Shown here in pieces: positions 40,965 through 54,369 of a DNA stretch of 64,000 nucleotides. How positions within the stretch are numbered: position 1 is the stretch's first letter; every line of letters starts with the position of its first letter. Below the pieces are notes generated by a model, which did no database searches, had not been told where the DNA came from, and was given only the letters and a program-made list of their open reading frames with translations. The position numbers and the translations under genes are program-made. This DNA comes from Isurus oxyrinchus (taxonomy: Eukaryota): NCBI GenBank assembly GCA_026770705.1, contig JANJGN010000035.1, positions 7,998,001 to 8,062,000 on the forward strand, written 5' to 3'.

Positions 40965-42380
40965 AATGTTTAGGAAGGTTGGGCCTTTATACATTGGAGC
41001 TTAGAAGAATGAAATGAGATCTTATTGAACCATATACAACGCTAAGGTTACTTTGCAGTTTGGACTCTTTTTGTTATTGCCTTGTCAAAGGGACTGGAAT
41101 CATTGGGTACCGTTGACCAACAAGAGGAATCCAACATAAATGACTCATTCGAAGACATTTTTTTTCTGTATTTCCTAATGGTGTCGAATCACTTTTGAAT
41201 TATCTTCCCTCGACTGCGGTGGCGACAGGGCAAATACATGTTTACGTATTTTAAGACATATTTTTTTTTTCATTCATAAGTGATGGGATTCACTTACATT
41301 CATTGTCCACCACTAATTTATATTCAAAAGGAATTGGTGACCTGCCTTCTTGAAATGCTGCAGTCCATGTGTGGTTGGTGCACCAACAGTGCTTTAAAGA
41401 AGGGAGTTCTAAGATTCTGGCAAAGCATAGGTAAAGGAGCGGATCTATATTTCCAAGTCACGATGGTGTGAGTCTTGGAGGAGGAATTCCAAGGGATGGT
41501 GTGCCCATCTATCTGCTGACCTTGCCCTTCTATATGGTAGTGCTTGTGAGTTTGGAAAGTGCTGTCCAAGGAGCCTTGGTGAATTTGTGCAGTGCATGTT
41601 GTAGCCTGTACACACGATTGTTGTTTTGCATTGGTGGTGGAGGGAATGAATGTTTGTGGATGTTGCTGCGAATAAAATAGGCAGCTTTGCCCTGGATGGT
41701 GTCAAAATGATTAAATGTTGTGGCAACTGCATTCATCCGTGCAAAGTGGGGAGAATTCCATCACATTCCTGACTTGTGCCTTGTAGAAGGTGGACAGCCT
41801 TTGAGGAGTCGGGAACTTAATTACTTATCATACGATTCCTAGCTTCAGGCCTGCACTTATAGCGACGGAATTTTGATGGCTACTCCAGTAAAGTTGCTAT
41901 TTATTGCCTAGCCACAGAGTGTTTATGCTGGGGGATTCAATGGTAGTAATGCAATTGACAACAAAGGTTGATGGGTGAAATCTCTCTTGATGAACGTCTT
42001 CATCCTCTGGCACTGATATGGCAAAGATATTACTTGCCACTTGCCAGCCCAAGAATGGATGCTGAGCATTCTTCCTGCAGTTGTACATGGGCTGCTTTAG
42101 TAACTGAAGAGTTGCAAATGGGACTGAGCATCCAGCAAGCATTAGCGAACATGCCAACTCCAGACATTATTATAGAAGGAAGGTAGGTAATTGATGAATC
42201 AGCTGAAGATGATTGTACCGAGAACACTGCACTATTGAAGTACAATGGACTCAAAGTTTTTTCAGGAGTGGTCAAAATTTAGCTTTCAGACCACAATTAA
42301 ATCAGCCATGATCTTAGATCATAGGGGAGTAGACCCGGTGGGCCCAGCGGTCTCCTGCACTTTGATCTTATGTTCACATT
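40965..42380. mobile_element. CR1 3' tail (+; 40965-41260 and ~42270-42380) split by a minus-strand CR1/L2-clade LINE 3' fragment (41265-42250)
   Basis: Minus ORF 41530 ...FDTIQGKAAYFI; LINE tail revcomp at 41265-41330; CR1 tail resumes with tcagccatgatctt...cttatgttc. Confidence 0.75.
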
Positions 42381-42734
42381 TTCGTTTAATGCTAATACAT
42401 GATCTAAAATTCATAATCATGTCTGTAGCTATGCAATAGATTGGCAATTATTTATGCGGCCAGATAACTGCTGAAACATCACTGTTTTGATTCATTCCGG
42501 AAAGAAGTCTTTACTCAATAAAACCGGAATTTCTTCACAGTAGCATCAGTGGCAGTATTTGACACCAAGACATACACATTATATTAGAACAGATAAAAGA
42601 AATAGAAACATCTCTTTGCGTGAATCGGCATAGAAAGGTGCAAAGGCTTGAGGAGCGCATGTTAAAGATTAAGTCCTGAGCCACGTAACGCATCAACTGC
42701 ATGTACGGAGCAAAGTTAAACTGACTCTGCAAGT

Positions 42735-42812
42735 AACAATAATAAAAATAATAATAACAACAAAAACAACACAACATTAATCATCATTAACATCATAAGC
42801 ATCATCATCATT
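42735..42812. repeat. Degenerate AAT/AAC/CAT trinucleotide microsatellite
   Basis: taacaataataaaaataataataacaacaaaaacaac...catcatcatcatt. Confidence 0.7.
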
Positions 42813-43514
42813 GTTAAGTGAAATATTTTTGTAATTAATGAAACATATTTTCCGTTGCGCAAAAATGCATTTTCAAGTTAGTTTCAGACATCCTACCTTT
42901 CAGATAAATTTACATCCATGGGCTTCCACCTGTACATGTCGAGCACCCTTTCGGCTTTGGATTGGAAAGCTGCAATTTAGGAAGTAGAACCCACACTTTC
43001 CTTTCTCCTGTGCTCCTTTTCATAACAGTGCACCGAAAATAAGTCTAGAAATTTCATATCTGCATAGATTTTCAGGTCGGGTTTTGATATTTTTGAATCT
43101 TATCAAAATAGTAAATAGTCAGGTAATGGACACATTTGGTATCCCTTAATTTTAAACGCATTCTTAATTTTAAAACTCTGAGTCACATGTTAATCAGGGA
43201 TATACTTATAGCCTTGCTAATTCAAGACAATAAAGGCAATAGAAATCAAGAGGACAGGGATAGAAACAAAGCATTTCAACTCATATTGCGCCATAAAAAA
43301 GCATTAAAAACTCACACCAAGGAGAGCGTACGGAGCTCAATATTATTATTGATACTGCATAAGAAGAAAAACAGACAAATGGGAAAGAGTCTGATCAGAA
43401 GACACGGGACTTGCTAAGTGAGCAGAGGGTATTCAAGATTAGAAAAGTTGGGCAATGGGTTCCTAAATCTTAGCGCATGGGATTCATGAACTACGCCTGT
43501 CAATTTTGGAATAT

Positions 43515-43790
43515 TTATTGTTTTTATGGATCTGGGCTCCACTGGCAAGGGCAGCAATTCCGATTTCTGGGTGGACTGAAGAGTCACCCATACTGATGCC
43601 AGGCAAGCACTGCATATCTACTTCCTAAAGGATATTAATGAAACCGGTGGAGTTAAGCAACAATTGACAAACGTGTCTTGGTCATCATCAAAATTTTAAT
43701 TCCAGTTTTTTTTTATTTACAATTTCACAGTCTGCAATGGTGTGAATCTAACCTGGCTCACTAGTCCAATCGCAATAACACGATGCCACC
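43515..43790 (-). mobile_element. SINE copy (SacSINE1-like)
   Basis: cttcctaaaggatattaatgaaaccggtgg and ctagtccaatcgcaataacacgatgccacc are reverse complements of the SINE body and head. Confidence 0.6.
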
Positions 43791-46700
43791 TCCCTGCCTC
43801 CCCTCGTGTAAATTCTAACCATGTACTGCAGCAAATGAAGAGAAGAAACGTTGGCTAATTCTTCAGGACTGTAATCATTCGCTGCAACATGCTCTGCCAA
43901 TGATATAGCGCACAATTTCGGTTAAGTGCTGCTAACAATGAATAGCTTACATTGCTGCCTTAGGCAGGGAGCCCAAATCTGACGTGATGAATTAGGCACA
44001 TTGAAACGGCAGCTGAGAGTTATTCTGAACAGAACACAGACATTAGGGGCTGGGTAAGTCAAGGGCGCATTTGGGGACCTCACGGTTAAAGACAAAAAAA
44101 GCATTTTGTCGCATTATTCATTTCATTGATTAACAGTGCAAGATGAATTTATGTAGAGTTGTTATAACATGACATGACAAACGTTGCGTCAGCTGGCATA
44201 TGTCAACAATTTAAGGGCGATGCTGCGCTTAAAAAATCCATCGTTTTTGCACAGTTTAAAGTAAAAAAAGTCTCATATTTCATTTAGGTGTTCCTCAAAT
44301 GTAACCCACTGCATAATCGGACTCATTAAACACGTTTTCGTTTAAAGGCCGCACCTTAGCAGACTCCACGAATTCTTCAATCGATTGCTCAAGCCTCCCA
44401 CAGTTAGAATACGTGATTCTGTGCAGTTGGGTATCCCTGTTACTCGCCAGCAGTTGGAAGATTTTAGCAGCGGAATTTCCTGACATAGTGTGAATGAGAA
44501 CTGATTAAAATGCAGCGCCACCAATGACAAAAGGAACATGATAAACTAACGGTTATTGCATCAAGGCTGCTTTGGAAACTTTCAAACAGCACAGGGTTCA
44601 CATTCCCATAATTGCACTATTAATGTATGCTGTATCTTCCCAGTCGATGTGAACAGCACAAGTTAGCCATTGGACATAACAAATTGTTCAAAATTATAAC
44701 GAATTACAAATGTTGGTTTATGTTGGGAAAGGAGTGGCAGTGATGTGGAATTAGCCTGCAACAGAGGAAACAATGTTACAGAATGGATTGGAGATGTTAG
44801 GAAACATAACAGGCAACGGAGAAAAGTATAAGGAGGTAAAATGAGAGTGCCGATTAATTACATGTGTACCTGCAGAAATAAAAAATTGGAACTTGGAAGC
44901 TAGCATGTGTGAGTGAGGAAGTTGATTATGTGTATATAGATTTGACGATGGATTTGGCAGACGAACTGATATGCATATTGGTATCAACGACAAAACAAAA
45001 GTCATTCTGGACACCAAACGTAGAAAATGCATTAAGTTTACTGATTTGGTACTGCCAGCTGTGAAAGTGCATTCAGATATAGTCAAGCTTTCAGGTGTTT
45101 GCTCATTCAACGAGAGGCGTGAACAAGTGCAACAGTAAATTCATAATTTTAATTTATTTATTCCCTTTTCCTTTCCTTTATCATTTTTCTGCAAATGAAG
45201 CTCAAATTGGGATATTCATGGATACCATTATACCCAGAGAATGAAAACAATGATGGGGTATTATTTAGTAAAAACGAAAGTGGAGATGGGCTATTGAACT
45301 TAAACATGACTGCAACTGAAGAAATATTTCAACTGAATGACCTGTTAATGAATCACAAAGAGTTGGACAAAGATGTGAGGGGAAGCTACATTGAAGGACA
45401 ATGGGCGCTAACTTCCTTGGAGTGGTCAACAATGTTGGAGTCCCAAACCCTGGACTTATCTGCCTGTTTTTACTTCTGTGTCTATATCCCGACACCGCCA
45501 TAAAGGCTGGTCGGGACGCATGTAGAACAATAATCGGCCTATCTTGAAGTGAAGCTTCGCAGGATTAAAGAAAAATCTGCACTTTTTATTATGGCACAAG
45601 CTTCCGTAAACAATGTAAATTAAAGGGCTCATTGTATTCGACAGGAGAGGGATTTTAGGTCCCTAAGTTGAGTGGTTAGGATTTGGGGAGAATATGCTAG
45701 ATTGGAGGTAGTTGTGCGGTGTTGGGAAGGGTGGTTGGGCGTTGGAGGCAGGGAACTGGTCTTGTTGGACACCGGGAGGGCCAAAACTCGGGTAGAAGGG
45801 CAGACGGGGGAGGAGCTGGTGCTATTGGGACAGACGGACCTCTGTGGGTCGGCGGGCGGTGGTCCCGATTTCAGAGATAAGGATGTGACTTCGGAGGTTG
45901 TCCCTGCTGGTGGGAGGGAGGGCTCAGAAGTTCTCAACAGTGAGGCGGGATGGTGGGGGCTTATGGTCCGGAGCTCTCTGGGACGGGCTGTGATTGTGAG
46001 TTTGGCTTCCACGTGTTAGGTGCATGGTGGGGAGTCGGGCCTGCCACTGGGCTGTCTTCTAATTTTGGTAGAGGGGCGGGCTTGGGCGTGCACCTTCGGG
46101 ATTTGGGGGCGTTGAATTCCATGAAAGTGAGGATAGTGGATTCTATAGATTTGTTGTGCGGAGGGGTGGGTAGGAGGGGAGTGTGGTGAAGTGTGAAGTG
46201 CGGTGAGCCGGTGAGGCACAGAGGGAGGAGAGGGTTCGCGCACTGTCTTTACAACAGTTACACAGACGTTATAACAGGCTTTAATTTTTCTATGTCTCTT
46301 TGTGTTTGACTCTTTGACTAGCATAGCCGGAAAGAACCAATGCTTGCAATTTCAATAGCATTTTTGGATTCTTTGCAGCACAGGGAAAATGCCCAGGGGA
46401 AGTTTACACTTCTAGGCGCTCGTCCATTTCATTACCTAGGAGGTTGCGAGAGATATTTCCCCAGCACCTCAGTGGTATAGCGCCCATGTCTGATGCTATG
46501 GGAGCTCCAGCAGTGCGGCCCAATATCTCAACAATGGCAGCTTTGATCATTTTTTTCTGGTGCAGTTATTAAGGAGGAAAATTAAATAATCTAAGATGAT
46601 ATAATCACACACATAATTTATTCCCCGGAATTTGTATGGTTGAAAATGTGATTTTGCCGATGTTTTCAAAATATGCCGAGAAACTGACCAAGTGGTTAGG

Positions 46701-47136
46701 GAGAAATAATTTCAGCAGGGTGGAGACGGGTGTTCTCTATCTCCAGAGGATGGTCAAAGTAATTGAATGAGGCATTTAGAAGTGAAGAGAGAGGCACTTA
46801 ATGCCTGCCTTGGCAAGCGATCTGACAACACATCAAGTAGCTAAAAAGCTAAATCAGAATATGACAGATTCTTATAAACCAAAGCGACAAAACTATATAA
46901 AGAAAGCAGGTCTTCATAACAAGGCTTGTTCACGGATCTCTCATGAACACATTGAATAGTGGAACAGGCAAAACCTTGAAAGACCCAGTGGCAAAATGCT
47001 GTTCTCTTATGCAGAATTCGGCAAGTTTCAAATAGGCATTTATGAAGTAAACGCCCAAACAGAAGACTTTCTTTATGTTAAGTAAGACGTGTATTAATTA
47101 ACGTCTAAGGATTGTGTCCGGGTCTCCTTGTTACAG

Positions 47137-47198
47137 CCGCTCTAGGAACAAAATGACCTGCAGAGGAGATGGGATTTGGAGCCAAGAACCAATATGTA
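47137..47198 (+). pseudogene. Candidate exon remnant encoding the C-terminal half of a sushi/CCP domain
   Basis: After acceptor-like ctccttgttacag the frame reads RSRNKMTCRGDGIWSQEPIC (C-x3-G-x-W-S-x2-P-x-C); no canonical donor. Confidence 0.35.
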
Positions 47199-48154
47199 GG
47201 CATGTAGTGCTTGCTACAACTAGCATGAAACTGATTTAGTACTAAGGCATCATACACACATGCATCATTGGCATCTCTAGTTTGATCAGATGGCGGGAAA
47301 TCATTGTCTTCTCCATAAGGCTTGTCAAAACCTCCCAGCACTTGGAAAAGTAAAGGAACAGTGCATATCCATAGCAGAGATTTTTGCCTCATCCCTTTAT
47401 TAGTGCAATATCATATGTTTCTGTAAATTGCATAAAATTGCCTGAGCTGTTGTAATTCAAACATTTATTAGCAGCAAGCATCATTTGAGTCATTTCAAAA
47501 GAGTTCTGAGGCATCAACAACATTTATTGTATCTCATCCTTTCCTTTCAATGAAACTATTAAAATTAATCACTGCCTTCACCTATATCACTATATGTTTG
47601 CTTATATGATGGGTTAATAAAGTTTAGGTCAGATAATTGTCAGAGATGAAGGGAAAAGTTGCATGCCTCACCGTGCTGGTAGATCTGCTACTAATCAACA
47701 AGTGACCATTCCAGATTCTCTATCGCAGAAAGCCAGTTTGCAAAGGACATGAATAAAACAGGAAATACTGGAAAAAACTGTGCACTTGTGGAAGCACCTG
47801 CGGAGACAGAAATAGCGGTAATGTGCTGAAGGAAAGTCGTCGAATGACTCTTAACACAGTTTTACTGTCAACATCCAGATTTATAGAATGTAAGCAGACA
47901 TCTCGTAAATTAACAGCCAATCCTTTTGGTTGTCTGTATTCATTGGGGTATAAGGTTAATGCTCTCTACCTGAATAAATGTAAACATAATAAATATACAA
48001 ATAACATCAAGCATAACTAAGAGTTGAGCAATGCATTCGAAGGGATATGTACAAGGAGAACACTGATCGATCCGTTTTGTTATTCCTCAGCATTTCATTG
48101 TATAAGGGAACCAACACAAAGCCAGGGCTTCGCCTGCTCTTTCTTTTCACCCAG

Positions 48155-48252
48155 CCGCTCTGTTAGGCTCAGGAAGCAAATTCTTAGTGATTTGTTTGTC
48201 TACAACCGCTGTGATTTCACTGATATTCACTTGTTTGAATTTTCCACAGTAG
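48155..48252 (+). other. Candidate terminal exon encoding a GPI-signal-like hydrophobic C-terminus
   Basis: Strong acceptor ctctttcttttcacccag, then ALLGSGSKFLVICLSTTAVISLIFTCLNFPQ-stop. Confidence 0.25.
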
Positions 48253-50129
48253 CAGAACACTGTCCTTTTTATTGCACATTCGGATTTTCCCCCACATAAT
48301 TTCTGGTTGGAATACATGCAAAGATGCTTTAAAAAAACTACACTATTGAAATACATGGACAAGGTCGACTGTTCCTCTCATTTTCCAACTTGCAAATTGA
48401 AATGATTGGAAATGAAAATGGGGCATCAAGGCAATTTGCAGCTCACCACCCCATTCTCAAGGACAACTAAGAATGGGAAAAAAAAGTGTTGACACAGCCG
48501 ACGAAATGCACATTCCATGACTGACATGATGTTTTGAAAATGTGGCTCAAATATCCACCTTTCCAATTCTGTTACTCATCCTCAGTCATGCTGCACGTTT
48601 TTTTTTTCCTCCTGTGCTCATAAACGTATTAACTTTGCAGGACAAACATTCGTTACATCAGGATTATCTCAGTAGTAGGTTACTTGAAGCTATGGTGATA
48701 ATGAACTAAATTATATGCACTATTAGCTACAGACTGGCCTCAGAAAACAACAGTGGTTATAAAGGATGCAGGGAAATTTTGCCAACGACCAGAACTTTTC
48801 TCGTGGAATGAAGGGAAATGCATCTGGGCTTTCTCATGTATAAATATTTAAAGTTCTATTATGGTAATATGATTCACAAGCATTTTTCTATCAACTAGCA
48901 AACAAAAACATACATGCATAATATAGGAATGTGTGCTGCGCATGCATGTAATGTGCAGTTCCACATTGCCATGCCTGGCAGGCACATAATAAGTAGGCAC
49001 ACAAGCTAGGGCACAAAAATTTTGGGACCCTGTATAGACTTGCACTCTGGATTTGAATATATAGATGAACGGTGCACGAGCGAAATATATCCAGGTACAT
49101 AATTTAGAGGTATGCAATACACAGGCACACCAAGTGCGGGGCCAAAAATGAGAAACATAAAATAGCTAAATGAATGAGTGCTCTAACACAAGGGAATTCC
49201 CTTCACTAATTTTGGAATTTTCGTTTTGATGGGGCGCACAATTTTTACAGGAATTTTAGGATGTAACATGTTGCTGTGATTTTTGGCACAAGGCAATTTT
49301 ATTTGCAACTTGCATCATAAATACGTGTCATTGATCCAAATGTTATTCGTTGGTGTTTATGCTGTATCTGAAACCCTCCTTTCAACTAGAATCACATGAT
49401 ACTCTATCTGTTTCTCTACCAAACGTTTTCTTCTCCTCGTGTGCTCATAAATACCTTCATATTTTAACCATTATTCTCGTGGTTGCAACCTCCACGTTCT
49501 AAAATCACTCCGTTAAATGTGTCGCGCGAACTTTTCATGATTCTACAATTAAATGTGAAGTGAAGGGAGCTTGTGCGTGGTGGGATTTCCAGTGAATAAT
49601 CAGTTTCCAAGCAATCATTCAGAGATAATTATTGCTAGAAAAATATTCACATTGTTTTATTTGGAAATATGTTCGTGGTGTTGTTACTTCAAATTAAAGA
49701 CGCTAAATTACTTTTGCAAATATATCGTGGAATTATTTGTTTTTAGGTGATGATATTGAATATGCAAAGGGTGAAAAAAGAATGATATCTGAGGTGTTTA
49801 GGAACCAAATAAATCTGCGACTGCTGCTGTATTTGAAATCGTTTTGAAATATGGTCATTCCTGATTTGCTGAATGTTGTCTCAGATGCTTGGAAACTATG
49901 TTTTGAAACATTGATTCCATAAGCACTTGAGTAACATTTTCTGAGAAGAACAAGACTGTTGTGCTCAAACCTTCACTTCATTATAAATAGCATCGAATTC
50001 CTGTGGTTCGGAATATTCGACCACAGAATGGGATCTCCATTATCGAATGCAACCGCATTGGCTCGTTATTGTCTTCAAGTTAAGCCCATATTTACTACAG
50101 TATTTTAGTGCACAGAGAAATAAAATTAA

Positions 50130-53100
50130 AATAAACTTATCATGTGAGCATACTGTCAGAATTAGTCACAGGATTCAGGTACAGGAATTCATTTCTTGCT
50201 ATTTGTTATTAGAGACAGTCCTATTGCTTAGGCTGGCTTTAGCTATTTCAACTATTTTATGGAAAAAAGGTAAGGGGACAAATTAAAAATATTTTTGAGA
50301 AATTGGTGGGTAGAAATTGAGAAAATGCTCTCCTGGGGTACAGATCAAATGTTAGCGTAACCTTGAACAGTACATGTGAGTTGCTTAGCAATCATTAAAA
50401 TATATGGCAGCTAGTGCTGAAAGTGCAAGCAGAAAATATGGCAGAAAATTGCAGGTGTCTTTCTGGAGAGACAGTATTAGTTTTCTTGTGCGTCCCAGGT
50501 GATTCCTTAAATTAAAGATTTATTTGGACCTATTGGATTGAAAAGAGATTGAGTGAAGTAAATTATTTAATACATATTCAAGAAAGAAGATATAAGAAGG
50601 CTCGTAGTTTAAATATGCTTGAAAAGTGCTTTTACAGGGGAGAGAAACAAAAGGAGTTGTGAATGATGGTGGATGATGATAAAGAGGTAGGTGTGCAGCA
50701 CTGTGAAATTAAGTTTCCTCTGATCAAATTGGATAAGTGCTTGAAAATGTAAATGCAATAACATGTTAACTTCCAAGCAAGTATCAAAGTGATTTATAAA
50801 ATCTATTGATGTCACAGAAAGCTTTTTGCAGAAATAAATTTGGAAAGAAGCACTGAGCTTTACGTGATGGATGTATAGAAATGTAACCTTCAGTAATGCA
50901 GCAATGATTTAATTTGTCAAGTTATTGCAAACAAAAAAATAAATTGATTTCATGCTTCAAAATAACATTGCTAAATCTAGTTACAGTAACTAGAGTTCGC
51001 CTATTGTACTGCTACTAAACCAGATGGAGCACAAATACTCTGGGTGTACTAAGGAAAGGTCAATGTGGTGACATAGGAAAATTCATATACCATACCACGG
51101 TTGGAGGATTGCATGGTTACTGTTGGACAATCGAAATTGTATACGAAGATTGACTTGTTTAAATGATATTGGCAGGTAACAATGTCGGAGAGGGCAAAGG
51201 AGATATCAGCTTTTGTAATGTCAAGTGGAATGGATCACTATAAAGTCATGTTATTTGCGTAGGAAGAATGCACCTCCGACATTTCAAGCATCAGCAAACA
51301 AAGTGTGGCAAAACAAAAACAGATTTACCTGGAAAAACTCAGCAGGTCTGGCAGCATCGGCGGAGAAAAAAAGATTTGACGTTTTGAGGCATCATGACCC
51401 TTCAATAGGGGTCAAAGCAATTGTGCAGTTTATACTGATGATCTAACTGTTTTCACTGAGACCTGAGAGAAACATTCACAAAATCTGGAAGAATTATTCA
51501 TTCGACTACAAGAAGTAAATTTTTTGATGAATTTGGCTAAAAGTGAATTTGCAAAAGCGGAACTTATGTTTCTAAGCCATAGTTTGAACATGCTAAGGTC
51601 ATTGTGAGAGATGTGAATGTGAAGACGATTGTGGATTTCGCACTGCCAACAACCAGGCAAAAAGTTTTGATAGTTCTGGGCATGAGTTGGTTTGACATGA
51701 AATGTGTACCAAATTTTAACGAAGTGTTTGCACTACAGACAAAACTAGTAAAAACGAACTAAACATTTCAATGGAGATGGCAGTGTCAAAAGTAATTTGA
51801 TACATTGAAAGTGGTATTAACTACGATACCAGTTTTAGCAGTACACAATTATGCCAATCAATTCAAGTTCGCCGTTGACATAAGCGATATAGGCATTGGG
51901 GCTACGTTGTTGCATGAATATGGCATTGGAATTGAAAACAGATAGTAAGCTGAATTTACAACCGAGAAGATAAATAATTATCAACAACGATGATTTGAGT
52001 TTGGTGTTAGCATTGCAGCATTTTAGGGTTTATGTTGCAAAACAATTAATCAGAAACTGTTGTTTATGCAGGTCATAATCCTTTGAATTTTTTGGGCAAA
52101 TTTCCTGACAAAAATGCAAGGGTTCTCAGTTGCGTCTATTATTACACCTATTTAATCTACGTACCTCACATATTAATCGAAGAGGACATCTGCTTGCAAA
52201 AGTTTTAGCAAGGGTTTAAACTTAAAGGGAATTGGGTCATTTAGAAAAACCTGGACAATGAACTGGAGTGATTTCTTCTGACACCAATGACTTGTGGATA
52301 ATCATTGTTATTTTAATGCATGCACAAGCTGATGTAATTGAGTGCTGTGTAAAGAAGTTAGTATAAGATGGGCTATTAAAATAACACCGTCTTTTATAAT
52401 TGTGATGGTTCAATTTCAGATAAAGAGAGGAACTTCACGATGTTATTAATTTGTATAATAGTTTGGGAAATATTTTCCTTTAAAAATAGATGCTTAGTCT
52501 GCGGATATGTCTTAATTGGACTAAATTAACCTCGTCTGGGTGCTCTGATGGGTACTAGTTTTGAAATGTGAGAGTGATAGTGTACATTTTCATTTTCTGG
52601 AAGGGAGAAGTCATGAAGTGTAGCGGAAACTGATACCTTGCCAGTAGTTACGAAGCAATATGTTTATATCAACTATTTATAAAAAAAAGGTGCGATGAAA
52701 GGGGTTTTAATTTTGAGAGGTTTAGTTCCGATATGGTTGATACAATGAGAAATAACATTCAATGGGGCTGGTGTTATCATTACAGTATTACGTGGGTATG
52801 CAGAGCAGAGGCAATGTGAGATGAAAAGGCTGCTGCAAGTCTCCAATTGGTTCCACAGGAACTAAGTGAACAGAACCTAATTTTGAATTCATAAGGTGAA
52901 TACGCTTTGCCTGGTTTTGTGTAAAATATGTCTGATGTTATTGCCTTAATGGATAGTTGTTTGGGAATTTGTTAGAAGTAACGAAAGTAATAATTAGTAA
53001 GCACGTCTATTTATATCTTAACGTGTACAATAAAAAAAAATGTTTAATGTTGTTTACTGTAAGATCTCAAGAACTGTTGGTCTGATTCCTAAATTTAGTT

Positions 53101-53208
53101 TCGCATGTCAAACATAACACTCGAAATGATTGTTAATGCCAATTGTTTAAACATTCCCTCTGACATTTTTTATGTAAGTCTGCCTTACGAATTGCATCGG
53201 TCATAACA
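50130..53208 (+). mobile_element. Gypsy LTR retrotransposon remnant, Gmr1-type order (IN-RT-RH), with 3' LTR ~52435-53208
   Basis: IN C-terminus GIHFLLFVIRDSP (~50185) and YWIEKRLSEVNYLI (~50530); RT IPRLEDC...TKIDLFK*YWQV (~51095-51180), AVYTDDL (~51425); RNase H FKFAVDISDIGIGA (~51860); ends ggtcataaca. Confidence 0.85.
51310..51405 (-). mobile_element. Solo Penelope pseudo-LTR fragment inserted in the Gypsy RT
   Basis: aaaacaaaaacagatttacctggaaaaactcagcaggtctggcagcatcggcggag, near-identical to 26681-26735. Confidence 0.85.
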
Positions 53209-54369
53209 GCGATTTGGAAATTGAAAGAAACTTTGAACAGACTTTCATGCGGAGATAGATGCAGAACAATTTGTTAATTATTTGTGTTTGCAAAGAACCA
53301 GCAATACTAATATTGTTATACTGTATAAACTATATGAGGAAACCAATAAATTATCTTGATGGTAGCTAATCAATATAAGTCTCCGAGGTGGAATTCCCTA
53401 ATTTGCTTTTGAAAATGTAGCAGTATAATTCAAGTTCGAGCAAACAAACTATGCATGGGCATTCCATGGATCCATTAGCTGTAAATTGTAAATGAAGGGG
53501 GAAACGAATATTTAGCAATACAACGTGATTAAAGTACATTAATTAACAGTAATCTGGGATTTATCCTACTCACTAATAACGCGCAGAGCAGAGATAGTGA
53601 GAAAGCAAATGCAAATGGCTAGTTTTCAAATGCCCATGACACCTTTCGAATTAAGTGGATAAGCAGTACAACGATAAATAAATAAATTATTGTTTGTCCA
53701 GTTAGGGGAAGAGAACAGGCGCTAAAAGCTCAGAGAACGTGTTAATCTAGAAAGTATCAATTAGAGAAGAATATTTAACTAAATAATAGTGATTGACAGA
53801 TAAAAGTTAGGATAATGACAAAAAATTAAAAGGTAGATAATCTGAGCCGAGGATAATGATATGATATTATGATGAACTATAAATTTGGCTTTAAACATAA
53901 GCATCGAAATAACATTGAATGTTCAGTTAGAGGCACAAAAACATGCCTAACATATTCACAGGTATTAACAATTAAGTGGGGGATATGTTGAGAAATACTT
54001 CCTCTTCCTTTATAATTCAGCAACGACAATATTGATGTGGAGAAAATAGTGAATTAATGGAAAAATCTCTACGAAAACATTTACAATGGAAAAGAGGGAG
54101 CCAAAATAGACAATGTTGATACTCCTTAAAACCCTGCTTTGGATTGTTTTTATATACTGAACACACGTTAAGTATAATTCTCATCCATACTTGTTCAAGT
54201 GTACGTAGGGAGGGAGATAAAGTCTTCCCAAACGCCCCTCTAACCAATATACTTTAATTACAAGTCGACATTAAAACTGTGCAGGGTAAATTATAGGTAA
54301 CAATAATTTCAAAACAGAAGGTAATGCTTAACAAACCTAACGAAGTTCATGGAACAAATAATACAAAAT

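Noticed and set aside
45672-46189. Gly/Val-rich plus-strand ORFs
   Set aside because: Complement of the C-rich island; explained by composition, no motif
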